Assembly: GCF_003044035.1 (NCBI RefSeq)
Contig: NZ_NVQC01000022.1
Coordinates: 330,001 to 362,000, forward strand
DNA: 32,000 nt
Source: Candidatus Methylomirabilis limnetica
GTDB lineage: Bacteria > Methylomirabilota > Methylomirabilia > Methylomirabilales > Methylomirabilaceae
Reading direction: 5' to 3'
In this document: in pieces, positions 1 to 7,889 of the stretch
How the letters are laid out: every line of letters starts with the position of its first letter
Position numbering within the stretch: position 1 is the first letter of the stretch
The notes under the pieces: model-generated
What the model was told of the DNA's origin: nothing
What the model saw: only the letters and a program-made list of their open reading frames with translations
Database searches by the model: none
Made by a program: the position numbers and the translations under genes

Positions 1-56
1 TCCGTAAGAACTTAAATTGTAGCGGGTATGACCTGGCGCGTCAAGTGTTCCGGCGG

Positions 57-200
57 CCCCTAGAATAGCGATAGACTGCGCAATCATTCGATTCTTCCCG
101 TCATTGCGAGCGACTCACGGGAGCGTGGCAATCTCAGTGCAATAATGCGTGATTGCTTCACTTCGTTCGCAATGACAACTTTCTATCGCTGTGCTTGGGG
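57..200. repeat. Family-A palindromic MITE-like element, complete copy (~144 bp)
   Basis: Imperfect terminal inverted repeats cccctagaatagcgataga / tctatcgctgtgcttgggg enclose the paired units gtcattgcgagcg..ggcaatc and gattgcttc..gttcgcaatgac. A near-identical direct copy lies at 29431-29560. ORF-track ORFs 115-333 and 158-511 over it look spurious. Confidence 0.8.
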
Positions 201-321
201 CGGCCATCGGCGACGCGCCACCGGATGAGTTCCGGGTTGACAGGTTTCGCGGACTCGCTATACTCACGCGGAGGATGAGACTGCGACAACCGTTTACCAT
301 ACAGACATGAAAGGAGCGAAC

Positions 322-897
322 ATGAGAAAACATATCTGGAGCGCCATCGGGGTGGCCATGTTGCTGTCGGCCTGCGCAACCGTGTCACAGACCGGCCGGA
401 CGGAATCGGATCTGCAGGCCACACTCGCGCGGCTGCAGGCACACCGTGAGCAGGGCCGGACCGGCTCGGTCTGGGGCTTCTTGTACCTGCGTGAGCCAGG
501 AGTGCCGACACCGCTGAAAGATCGGGCGGTCACGCTGCTACCGCTGACTCCGGGGTTGGAGACCACGATTCACCGGGTGCGACAGACCTACCGGGACGGC
601 GGTTATGCCATCCTGCCGTTTCAGACGCTTGACCAGCTCAAGCAGGCGCTGGACAGCTACCGCACGCAACTGAAGGACGCGGGGCGCGGTGACCTGATCC
701 GGCAAACGCGTACCGACACTGCAGACGATCCCAAGTTTGAATTCAGCGCGGTCCCGGAAGGGCGGTGGCTACTACTGGCCGAGCTGCCCTCTCCACCGTC
801 GCTGGCGGTCTGGATCGTCCCGGTCACCGTCACCGCCGGGGCTGCCACCAAGCAATCGCTGAACGACCAGACAGTTATCGAAGGCCTGATTCAATAG
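322..897 (+). CDS. Hypothetical lipoprotein
   Basis: ATG at 322 is preceded by aaggag (311-316), so it is preferred over the in-frame ATG at 307. The N-terminus MRKHIWSAIGVAMLLSAC has a signal peptide plus lipobox Cys. No family recognised. Confidence 0.7.
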   Translation: MRKHIWSAIGVAMLLSACATVSQTGRTESDLQATLARLQAHREQGRTGSVWGFLYLREPGVPTPLKDRAVTLLPLTPGLETTIHRVRQTYRDGGYAILPFQTLDQLKQALDSYRTQLKDAGRGDLIRQTRTDTADDPKFEFSAVPEGRWLLLAELPSPPSLAVWIVPVTVTAGAATKQSLNDQTVIEGLIQ

Positions 898-908
898 GGG
901 GGCAACGC

Positions 909-1040
909 GGTCGTCATTGCGAGCCGTAGGCGAAGCAATCCCGTGGCGACACCGCCAAGAACAGTCAGATTGCTTCGGCTTTGCCTCGCACAATGACAGA
1001 AGGGGGGTCATTGCGAGCGACCAACGCGAGCGCGGCAATC
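909..1040. repeat. Cluster of three family-A hairpin units
   Basis: Units are gtcattgcgagccgtaggcgaagcaatc (913-940), gattgcttcggctttgcctcgcacaatgac (968-996) and gtcattgcgagcgaccaacgcgagcgcggcaatc (1008-1040). They match the core motif seen at 57-200, 3011-3161, 4808-4995, 15170-15312 and 29461-29540. Confidence 0.8.
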
Positions 1041-1328
1041 TCACAGCCCTTCAAATAAATCATCCCGCGTCGGATTCATTCCATTGATCAACTGAAGCTT
1101 CCTCGCTCGTGAACCCGCTTTGAGCTGCTTCTCCCGAACTATCGCAGCCTCGATATCGTCATACACCTCGTAGTACACCAGCTCGGTGAGATTATACCGC
1201 TTGGTAAAGCCCTCCACCAGTTTAGCGCGATGCTCGTAGACGCGTTTGATCACGTCACTTGTGACGCCGACATACAGCGTGGTGTGCGCCTTAATTGTCA
1301 TAATGTAGATGTAACCGGGCCTTTGCAT
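1041..1328 (-). CDS. GIY-YIG nuclease family protein (small UPF0213/YhbQ-like)
   Basis: 95 aa with an ATG start. It contains GYIYIMT..LYVGVTSD..R..EH and the conserved downstream E..LK, which is the GIY-YIG domain pattern. Confidence 0.85.
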   Translation of the reverse strand: MQRPGYIYIMTIKAHTTLYVGVTSDVIKRVYEHRAKLVEGFTKRYNLTELVYYEVYDDIEAAIVREKQLKAGSRARKLQLINGMNPTRDDLFEGL

Positions 1329-1387
1329 CTCCGCTCATTTACCTATCAAATACGGTGAGATTGCTTCGCCTGTGCCTACTCAGAAAC

Positions 1388-2746
1388 TTAAGCCGGTATT
1401 GGGAGTGGTGTTAAGCAATAGCCCAACTGAGCGGCTTGACGTTGTAGTGATTTGGTATGTCGGTCATGTTGTTGTTGGTCATACGCCTTGGCAGAGGCAT
1501 GTCGATAAGGCTGACGATGCGTCAAGAGATGATAAATAATGCGCGCCAATTTATGAGCGGTAGCGACAATAGCTTGTGCGCCGCCCAAACGTGCCCGCAT
1601 CCGCCGATAGAATGCGCCCAGGGCGCTCTGACTGCGACTGAGCGATTGAGCCGCCAGGCGCAAAGCCTGGCCCGCCCGATTGTGAACCTTCAGGGTGCGA
1701 CTGCGAATCACCTTGCCGCCGGTAATATCATTGTGCGGTGCCAGGCCCAGCCAGGAACAGAAATGCTTTTCCGTTCGCCACTTGCTCATGTCTGTCCCGA
1801 TTTCGGACAGCACACCTTGAACCGTGCTGTCATCCAGTCCATCCACCACCGTCAGGTCAACGCCCGTCAACCGATACAGGTGGCCTCGCACATCAAAGGT
1901 CGGCGCGTTCTTGCTGTGCGAGTTCACTTTGGGGTCAGGTGGCAAGGGCGGCAAGTCGTCATCAAACCGGGGTGTGAGGGCGCTGTATTGTTGTTCGAGT
2001 TGGTGGTCACAGATGTGCAATTGTTGAGTGTAGAAGTCATACAGAGCCAAGGCTTGCTGAAGCGCAAAGACGTGCTCGGCGCGGTAGTTGCCGGTCAAGG
2101 CTTTGGCAATCTCGTCCGAACTACTTTTGCAACGCGGGTTGCGAAGGCGCGCCAAGCGCACCGGGTCACGGTCACCGGCTACCACCGCGCGAATGATGTC
2201 CAATCCGGTCACGCCCGTAATGTCGCTCAACACCTGGGTCAATTGCACATTCATCTGTTGCAAGGCTTTCTGCATATGTTGAATATGCGCGGCGCGATAC
2301 TCCAACAGCATGCCTCGATGACGCAGGTAGGCGCGCAAGGCGCGCATGTCGGCTTCGGGTCGAAACGACGCCGAGAGCAAGCCATAGCTGTGCAAGCGTT
2401 GAATCCATTGACAGTCTTGCACATCGCTCTTACGCCCCGGCACATTCTTAATATGTCGGGCATTGACCAGATACACTTCAAGACCAGCGGCTTCCAGGAT
2501 TTCAAAGATCGGAATCCAATACACGCCGGTACTCTCCATGGCAACGGTCTTGATGCCACAGGTCTTCAACCACGCCACCAGCCTGTGCAGGTCGGGGGTG
2601 AAGGTACCAAAACTTCGTACGGCGGGGGTGGCTCGGTCAGTAGGCACACTCGCCCAAATTTTCTCCGCCCCAATATCCAGTCCAGCCGCATCGGGCTGAA
2701 TGACGGGCAAGGGGCGGCCTTCAATCGATTTCTTTTTCTGGATCAT
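1388..2746 (-). CDS. IS110 family transposase/recombinase
   Basis: 452 aa. The N-terminal DEDD RuvC-like region contains LDIGAEKIW, VAMESTGVYW and VNARHIKNVPGRKSDVQDCQW. The C-terminal Transposase_20-like region contains GVDLTVV..L.SEIG.D, as is typical of IS110 family proteins. The stop codon lies at the element junction. Confidence 0.92.
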   Translation of the reverse strand: MIQKKKSIEGRPLPVIQPDAAGLDIGAEKIWASVPTDRATPAVRSFGTFTPDLHRLVAWLKTCGIKTVAMESTGVYWIPIFEILEAAGLEVYLVNARHIKNVPGRKSDVQDCQWIQRLHSYGLLSASFRPEADMRALRAYLRHRGMLLEYRAAHIQHMQKALQQMNVQLTQVLSDITGVTGLDIIRAVVAGDRDPVRLARLRNPRCKSSSDEIAKALTGNYRAEHVFALQQALALYDFYTQQLHICDHQLEQQYSALTPRFDDDLPPLPPDPKVNSHSKNAPTFDVRGHLYRLTGVDLTVVDGLDDSTVQGVLSEIGTDMSKWRTEKHFCSWLGLAPHNDITGGKVIRSRTLKVHNRAGQALRLAAQSLSRSQSALGAFYRRMRARLGGAQAIVATAHKLARIIYHLLTHRQPYRHASAKAYDQQQHDRHTKSLQRQAAQLGYCLTPLPIPA

Positions 2747-2952
2747 GATCGTTCTCCTGTCTGCGCCCAGACCCGGTCACCTTTTCTCACGATAAGCTAC
2801 TCATCGGGGTCTGACCAATTTACTCGCCAGCCGCCATACCTTGAGCCATTTGTGACCAGAACCACACTCGCAAGCGGGCTCATTCGCACCAGTGCACACA
2901 CGGTCTTAGCTTGTCGGGCGCACCATCATTTTACACCACTTGCGCCTCTAAG
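1389..2952 (-). mobile_element. IS110-family insertion sequence (~1.56 kb) inserted at the centre of a family-A hairpin
   Basis: A single DEDD-type transposase ORF with no terminal inverted repeats. The element is bounded by TAAG at 1389-1392 and 2949-2952. The flanks agaaact (1382-1388) and agtttct (2951-2957) are the two arms of a hairpin that is intact in the paralogous repeat at 4852-4872 (cagaaact-tagcc-agtttctg). Boundaries are ambiguous by about 4 nt. Confidence 0.8.
2747..2948 (-). ncRNA. Candidate IS110 bridge (seek) RNA in the ~200-nt non-coding left end
   Basis: About 200 nt of non-coding sequence lies between the IS junction and the recombinase ATG, with essentially no non-coding right end. 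This is the layout of the IS110 subgroup, whose left end encodes the bridge RNA. No structure or covariation was verified here. Confidence 0.35.
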
Positions 2953-3175
2953 TTTCTCCCACCTGCGGGTCAGGCCCAGCCGGATGGGATACTCGCAATG
3001 ACAAGCGAGAGGTCATTGCGAGCGGACCAACGGGAGCGGTGGCAATCCGACACGCAGTGTCGTTGCGAGCCGTAGGCGAAGCAATCTCGTAGTAGCACCG
3101 TCAAGAGCGGGGCGAGATTGCTTCGGTCCCCTTCGCTTCGCTCTGGGTCCCTCGCAATGACGCGGAAGGAGGCCT
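2953..3175. repeat. Family-A repeat cluster (right half of the IS-interrupted unit plus three more units)
   Basis: Contains actcgcaatgac (2991-3002), gtcattgcgagcggaccaacgggagcggtggcaatc (3012-3047), gtcgttgcgagccgtaggcgaagcaatc and gagattgcttcgg..ccctcgcaatgac. Confidence 0.8.
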
Positions 3176-3201
3176 TTCGGAACAATGACAGAAGGGGAAG
3201 A

Positions 3202-3237
3202 GAAAAAAACGGGCCAGGGGGGATGCCCCTGGCCCGT
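3202..3237 (-). terminator. Rho-independent terminator of the 3267-4550 gene
   Basis: On the minus strand, the GC-rich stem cgggccagggg / cccctggcccg with a 4-nt loop is followed by a run of 7-8 T. It lies about 30 nt after the stop codon. Confidence 0.8.
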
Positions 3238-3266
3238 TGGTAAACGCCACTACTAATTAGGTGTGG

Positions 3267-4550
3267 CTACGGCAGAATGTCACCGTGTGACACGTCTTCC
3301 ACCAAGCTAAAGGATCGGCGACAACCGGTCCCGGCGTTGCCACCAGCTCCGTCGGTGCCATAGGCGCAGTCGCCCCACAGCCGTACTGCGTCACCCCTGG
3401 TTGCAGTGTTTTGCACCAGGACGCCTACCAGCCCGCGCTCAATCTCATTCCCACCAACGGAACCAACGTCGACACCACCGATCCATGAGTGGGCAATCGC
3501 ATTGTTCGCGATGTCGATGAAACCACCCTGGAAGAAGCCCGACGCCTTCCGATCGACGTCACCGGATGGGTAGACGCAGGAGCCGATGGTACCAGTGCCG
3601 TTGTACGGAGCTGTCACCTGGTTGGTGAAGAGCTCGTCCAACGTCCCGAAGATGTAGTGGCTGACCAAGTCGTCAGACTGTGCGTTTTCGCAAGCGTCAA
3701 CAACATCTACTTCAGCGTCAATAAGGATACCCTCGTTCACATTGCCCGTGCTGGCGTCGTCCTCGAGATCCTGTCCGGGGGCCTCCCCATTCCGGAATGA
3801 TTGGGCAGGACCGGCAACCGCCAAGGTGCTGGTGAAGGTTAGGCCATTATTGCTGCCCTCAGCGAAGAACATCGGTACGTAGACGCGGGCCGGGAACGAC
3901 TCAAAGGCACCGGTCCACACATTCGCGTCGCCTTGCCCATCGCGGCTAACAATGTCAAATGCGGACGCGCCCGACCCGGCATCGCTGCTCCCTTGGCTGG
4001 CTGCCATCGGGTAAGCAACGGCAAAGTCCGACCCACTGTCGGAGATGAGCACCGTCCCCACCAGGACGTTCGCCCGCACACTCGTGTTCGTGTGACCTGA
4101 TCCGGTGATAGCCCGTCGAACATCAATATCCACCCATCCCAGCTTGGACGCCAGCCCCCTGACGCCTCCCATATCAGAATCAGTCAGGATGTCAATCTGA
4201 TCGATGTCCTGCTTGCTCAGATCGATCGTGAGGTTAATGTTATCGCAGGTCTTGTCATAAAACTCAAGATGGACGGCGCAGCTCGTCCCAGGTATCCCTG
4301 GCAGCGTGCCTGTTGGACCAAGGTTACACGTCCCGCTTAGCTGGCCGATGTCGGCCGTCTTCTGAAGATTGGCCCTCCGCGACACATTCGTGAGAAACAA
4401 CAACGTGCTCCGGTCGCCAGAGATGTCCCAGTACGGGGCGACCAGGCGGGAGCCCGGGATCAACTCGGTGTTCGCCCACGCCGTGCCCACCGCCAGCACT
4501 GGGGCGACCGTCAACATTGTCGCGATCACTGTCTTTCGAAATGACGTCAT
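3267..4550 (-). CDS. Secreted protein of unknown family (paralog of 29687-30592)
   Basis: The start is set to ATG 4550 (MTSFRK), which has aggagg 8 nt upstream. The signal peptide ends AWA. The mature N-terminus NTELIPGSRLVAPYWD..LLFLTNVS and several later blocks align with the 29687-30592 product. Confidence 0.8.
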   Translation of the reverse strand: MTSFRKTVIATMLTVAPVLAVGTAWANTELIPGSRLVAPYWDISGDRSTLLFLTNVSRRANLQKTADIGQLSGTCNLGPTGTLPGIPGTSCAVHLEFYDKTCDNINLTIDLSKQDIDQIDILTDSDMGGVRGLASKLGWVDIDVRRAITGSGHTNTSVRANVLVGTVLISDSGSDFAVAYPMAASQGSSDAGSGASAFDIVSRDGQGDANVWTGAFESFPARVYVPMFFAEGSNNGLTFTSTLAVAGPAQSFRNGEAPGQDLEDDASTGNVNEGILIDAEVDVVDACENAQSDDLVSHYIFGTLDELFTNQVTAPYNGTGTIGSCVYPSGDVDRKASGFFQGGFIDIANNAIAHSWIGGVDVGSVGGNEIERGLVGVLVQNTATRGDAVRLWGDCAYGTDGAGGNAGTGCRRSFSLVEDVSHGDILP

Positions 4551-4740
4551 ACTCTTCTGCCTCCTGTTCTGGTTGATCGTGATCTGTGAGTGATCCACTA
4601 CAGATTTAAAAACACTCGCCGCTTCCAGAATACCAATGCGCGTCGTTTCACCTCCTTCTTATCTTCCCCCCCAAGTTATCACCTATTCTTCGCGTCCTCG
4701 CCATCCATCTCTCGAGCAGCGGTTGAAAAAACGTTGACTG

Positions 4741-4769
4741 TATATACTCCGCCACTGCTATCGTGTCAA
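4741..4769 (-). promoter_or_regulatory. Sigma70-like promoter for the 3267-4550 gene
   Basis: The minus strand reads TTGACA (4769-4764), a 17-nt spacer, then TATATA (4746-4741). This implies a 5-prime leader of about 180 nt. Confidence 0.5.
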
Positions 4770-4805
4770 GCATAAAATGCATACCCACCAAATTGACATT
4801 GGGAT

Positions 4806-4995
4806 GCGTCATTGCGAGTACCCCATCCAGCGGGGGCGGACCCGCAGGTGGCAGAAACTTAGCCAGTTTCTGAGTAGCGCAGCGAAGCAATCTCGCAGTT
4901 CTTGCCTGTGTCACCACGGGATTGCTTCGCCTACAGCTCGCAACGACACTGCGTGTCGGATTGCCGCGCACCCAACGGGCGCTCGCAATGACAGA
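4806..4995. repeat. Family-A repeat cluster including the uninterrupted copy of the IS110 target hairpin
   Basis: 4808-4892 reads gtcattgcgagtaccccatccag..cccgcaggtggcagaaacttagccagtttctgagtagcgcagcgaagcaatc. It is collinear with the sequences flanking the IS110 element when read on the opposite strand. Two more units follow at 4920-4992. Confidence 0.85.
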
Positions 4996-5051
4996 CAAAT
5001 GGATGGGTTGGACAGTCCATGTCTATTTTTGGGTGCATACAATGCAGTCCC

Positions 5052-5594
5052 CTATGGGCGGGCCTCACCATCGGTGGCGCGTTGGCGCTCGGCCGTCATG
5101 GCATCCCAGTCGATCGGTGGATACGGATTGCCCATCGGGAAGCGGAACCTCCGATACCAGGCCCCTTCAACTCGAATCCACTGCTCCTCGGACTCGGTCC
5201 ATCGAGGCTGCACGGGTTTGATCAACTGTTGGTGCTTGACGGTGCTCTGTTTCGTCACCAACACAAACGCCATGTCGCCCTCGACCCGTTCATCCAGAAT
5301 CTCGTAGGCCAGGGTCGGCGTCGCGCCCCGGCCCTGACTGAAGGCCGCAAACGTTACAGCCCGCCGGAAGGCCGGCTCGTGCAACTGATAGGTCGCCAGG
5401 AGGTCACCCCGCATCCTTGCTTCCCAGTATTGGATCACCCGCTCTCGCAACGGCTCATTAAGCGCGGGAGCGGCCGGATGCCCAGGATCGCCACCAGGCG
5501 CGGGAGCGGCCAGCCGCTGCGGCCCGGCGCATCCAACCAGCAGCAGCGCCAGGAGCAGGCCCGGCAGCCCAACGGTCATCGTTCGTCGTCTCAT
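5052..5594 (-). CDS. Hypothetical lipoprotein
   Basis: The start is moved to ATG 5594 (MRRRTMTVGLPGLLLALLLVGC), which gives a signal peptide plus lipobox. The longer ORF-track N-terminus is translated from a family-B repeat. Confidence 0.7.
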   Translation of the reverse strand: MRRRTMTVGLPGLLLALLLVGCAGPQRLAAPAPGGDPGHPAAPALNEPLRERVIQYWEARMRGDLLATYQLHEPAFRRAVTFAAFSQGRGATPTLAYEILDERVEGDMAFVLVTKQSTVKHQQLIKPVQPRWTESEEQWIRVEGAWYRRFRFPMGNPYPPIDWDAMTAERQRATDGEARP

Positions 5595-5599
5595 AGTTG

Positions 5600-5727
5600 T
5601 TCTTGCACCCCTCACCCTCACCCTCTCCCGCCAGGGGAGAGGGGACATGAATGACCTCGCGCTTCGCGCCACGCGCACAAAAACCCCTGGACCCCCCTTT
5701 TACAAAGGGGGGGAGGGGGGATTTCAC
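5600..5727. repeat. Family-B hairpin repeats
   Basis: Contains ccctctcccgccaggggagaggg and ccccccttttacaaaggggggg..ggggggatttc. The same motif class occurs at 7125-7175, 7546-7656, 14998-15108, 16384-16443 and 24326-24388. Confidence 0.7.
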
Positions 5728-5788
5728 ACACTGCAGGCTGGGCGCAGCAAGCAGCGCCCCTACGCCCCATGCACGGCGTATCGCGCCC

Positions 5789-6958
5789 CTACGCCTGGTT
5801 CACGCCTGGCGTCATGCGAATGCCATGATAGGCGTGGCACGAGTCGCCGACCAGGTGGTGGAACAGCCGCGGATTGGTCTTCCTGAACTCGAAGAAATCG
5901 GTCCCCTCGATCGCCTTGACCGACTCGTGCAGCGTCCTCGCCCCCTGTTCGATGGTACCCGTCTGTGCCGGGGTAGGAGTCAGGAGACCATGCCCCCTGG
6001 CATAGCTGATGATCTCGAAACTGTGGCCGTAGAACTTGAGTCTGGCGTCGTGATAGTAAATCGCGGCGAGCCTCTGCAAAGCCGGATCGGCATCCTTGGG
6101 GGGTGCCGCCTGGCGATAAAACCGGTCCATCAGGTACCCATCGGCCTGTAACCGCCAGATGTGCAGATCCAGGTAGTCCCGCAGGCGCGCCCGCGCCTGG
6201 TCGCCGCCATGCCCATTCGCCACACACGAGGCCAGGGCGTAGGCCAGGTGCGTGCCACCGCAGGTCAATCCCATGATGGTATCTTTCTCGGTCGGCATGA
6301 CCCCCTGCGCCTTCGCCTGCCGGAACTGTCGCGTCGTCTCGTCCAGCGTGTCCAGGCCGAACCGAACCACATCAGTGAACCGGATCTGCTGCCCCCAGGC
6401 GTTCGTCCAGGTATCCCGGGATGGAACGGTTTGCAGCGAGAAGGCGATCAGCGTCCAGGCCAGATTGTCACGGTCGGCGGTCTTGGGGTCAAACACGAAC
6501 AACGCCTTGGCGCTGTTCGCCAGGTCGCCGACCGTGTAACGGCGGCCGTCCAGCGTAAAGGGGTGACTCAGCGGGACGCCGACCTCCAGGAGCGTCTTGA
6601 GACAGGCGTTGGGATGTCCCTCATGCTCCACCGGCATGTACAGATAGTCCTTGCCGGCCACCCGCTGTGTCTTGAGAAAGCGCGAGCAGAGTAGATCGAC
6701 GGCGCGCTCGCTATTGACGGTAAAATCCGGTCCCATGGCCCGGACCCCGTGCATCAGCACCCAGGGATCATCCAGAAGCCGCGCGTGCCGGGTGATAAGT
6801 GGGGCGAGGATCGCCTGTGTCCCATCCAGAACCTTCGGAACAGACACCAACGGCTGTGCACCGGCCGCCGCCCTCGGCAGGGCCCCGGTCAGCGCAAGCC
6901 CTCCGGCCACGATCGATGCGGCCTGCAGGAACTCGCGCCTCGTCATGCACATACACAT
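5789..6958 (-). CDS. Twin-arginine (TAT) signal protein, function unknown
   Basis: MCMCMTRREFLQAASIVAGGLALTGALPRAAAG is a canonical RR-x-FL TAT motif with an h-region and AxA-like end. A ggagaggg Shine-Dalgarno lies 5 nt before ATG 6958. ATG 6946 is an alternative start. Confidence 0.75.
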   Translation of the reverse strand: MCMCMTRREFLQAASIVAGGLALTGALPRAAAGAQPLVSVPKVLDGTQAILAPLITRHARLLDDPWVLMHGVRAMGPDFTVNSERAVDLLCSRFLKTQRVAGKDYLYMPVEHEGHPNACLKTLLEVGVPLSHPFTLDGRRYTVGDLANSAKALFVFDPKTADRDNLAWTLIAFSLQTVPSRDTWTNAWGQQIRFTDVVRFGLDTLDETTRQFRQAKAQGVMPTEKDTIMGLTCGGTHLAYALASCVANGHGGDQARARLRDYLDLHIWRLQADGYLMDRFYRQAAPPKDADPALQRLAAIYYHDARLKFYGHSFEIISYARGHGLLTPTPAQTGTIEQGARTLHESVKAIEGTDFFEFRKTNPRLFHHLVGDSCHAYHGIRMTPGVNQA

Positions 6959-7110
6959 CGGTGCCCTCTCCTCTCGCCAGCCTCGGCCATTGCACTGCTC
7001 GGCTCTTTGTACTGGATCATGCGCAACTTGTCAAGGATTACTCACGGCCCAAGCACAGCGATAGAAGCCTCCCGTAGTTCCCTCTCCTCTTGATGGGCGT
7101 AAGCGCTCAC

Positions 7111-7530
7111 TTACAGGTCTGCTATCTCTCCTCCCCCTTTGGGAAAAGGGGGGCCAGGGGGGATTTTTCCACTCAACTGTTCAACAATGGTCCGATAGAT
7201 CACCTCCATCACCGCATCGCTTTCTTCCAGCACCTCTCTACTGTTCAAGCGAAGTACCCGCAGACCAAGGGAGCGCAGGTACCCATCACGATGTCTGTCT
7301 TTCAGCGCGTGATCGGCTTCCATGTGCTGTGAGCCGTCCACTTCCACGACCAGTTTTATCCGTGGCGCGAAGAAATCCACAATGTGCTCACCAATAGGTT
7401 TCTGCCGATAGAACTGGATGTCGAGAAGCTGTTTGTTCCGCAAGCGTGACCAAAGCGCCAACTCACTGTCTGTCAGATTCTTCCGTAATTGACGGGCTTT
7501 GTCTTTGAGGTGCGGATGATACCTCAACAT
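7111..7530 (-). CDS. DUF559 (Vsr-like) endonuclease domain protein
   Basis: The 139-aa product contains LRKN.T..E..LW..LR......F.RQ.PIG..IVDF......L..EVDG..H........D..R...L...G..VLR, the characteristic DUF559 pattern. The last ~20 codons (PPGPPFPKGGGEIADL) run into a family-B repeat at 7125-7175. Confidence 0.85.
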   Translation of the reverse strand: MLRYHPHLKDKARQLRKNLTDSELALWSRLRNKQLLDIQFYRQKPIGEHIVDFFAPRIKLVVEVDGSQHMEADHALKDRHRDGYLRSLGLRVLRLNSREVLEESDAVMEVIYRTIVEQLSGKIPPGPPFPKGGGEIADL

Positions 7531-7545
7531 GGCTCAGCCCATGGT

Positions 7546-7656
7546 GAAATCCCCCTCAATCCCCCTTTTTCAAAGGGGGAACTATAGTGAATACCCCTCT
7601 TTGGAAAAGAGGGGCGAGAGCCTGCCCCGGCATGTATTAAGCCGGGGGGAGATTTT
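7546..7656. repeat. Family-B composite element (~110 bp), copy 1
   Basis: Reads aaatccccct(c/t)aatccccctttttcaaaggggga..cccctctttggaaaagagggg..agagcctgccccggcatgtattaagccggggggagatttt and contains three hairpins. It is nearly identical to 14998-15108. Confidence 0.85.
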
Positions 7657-7689
7657 AAACATGCTGTCCACATCCAGTCTTTCACAAAT

Positions 7690-7865
7690 ATTATTGTAAC
7701 TACTCAGGTAGCTAGGCTGAAGGCTGAAGGCTTTTAGGGGTAAGTCATGCGTGATTATACAAAACTCCGAAAAGATCTTGAATGGCTCGATTCGTGCCTT
7801 GCGAGATAATTTAGAACCTTCAGTCTTCAGCCTTCAGTCTAAACGCCTTGTAGTTACATCTTATT
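7690..7865. repeat. Palindromic MITE-like element
   Basis: The outer inverted repeat is gtaactac (7696-7703) / gtagttac (7850-7857). The inner inverted repeat is ggctgaaggctgaagg (7715-7730) / ccttcagtcttcagccttcag (7817-7837). The AT-rich centre carries only a 20-codon ORF. Confidence 0.6.
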
Positions 7866-7889
7866 TTGGATCAGTATGATAGCGGGTAG

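Noticed and set aside
1457-3001. 514-aa ORF on the + strand spanning the IS110 element
   Set aside because: It is entirely antisense to the well-supported IS110 transposase, has no recognisable motifs and has a low-complexity Arg/Gln/His-rich composition. This is the typical shadow ORF of high-GC coding DNA.
900-5000. Possible CRISPR array, suggested by recurring ~30-nt palindromic units (cattgcgag..gcaatc)
   Set aside because: The units occur in both orientations with irregular spacing and variable internal sequence. They are scattered across the whole window, there are no unique spacers of constant length, and there are no cas genes. They behave as REP/MITE-like repeats.
4777-5654. ORFs 4777-5307, 4922-5221 and 5019-5654 on the + strand
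   Set aside because: The first two are translations of family-A repeats (IASPTARND-type peptides). The third is antisense to the lipoprotein gene 5052-5594.
1041-7530. GIY-YIG plus DUF559 plus IS as a phage-defence island
   Set aside because: The two nuclease genes are 6 kb apart, separated by unrelated lipoprotein/TAT genes. They have no partner ATPase, methylase, sensor or toxin-antitoxin genes. Nothing beyond the nuclease folds supports a defence system.
7746-7808. 20-codon ORF (MRDYTKLRKDLEWLDSCLAR) at the centre of the 7690-7865 palindromic element
   Set aside because: It has no ribosome-binding site and no recognisable family. It is most simply the AT-rich core of a MITE-like element or a gene remnant.
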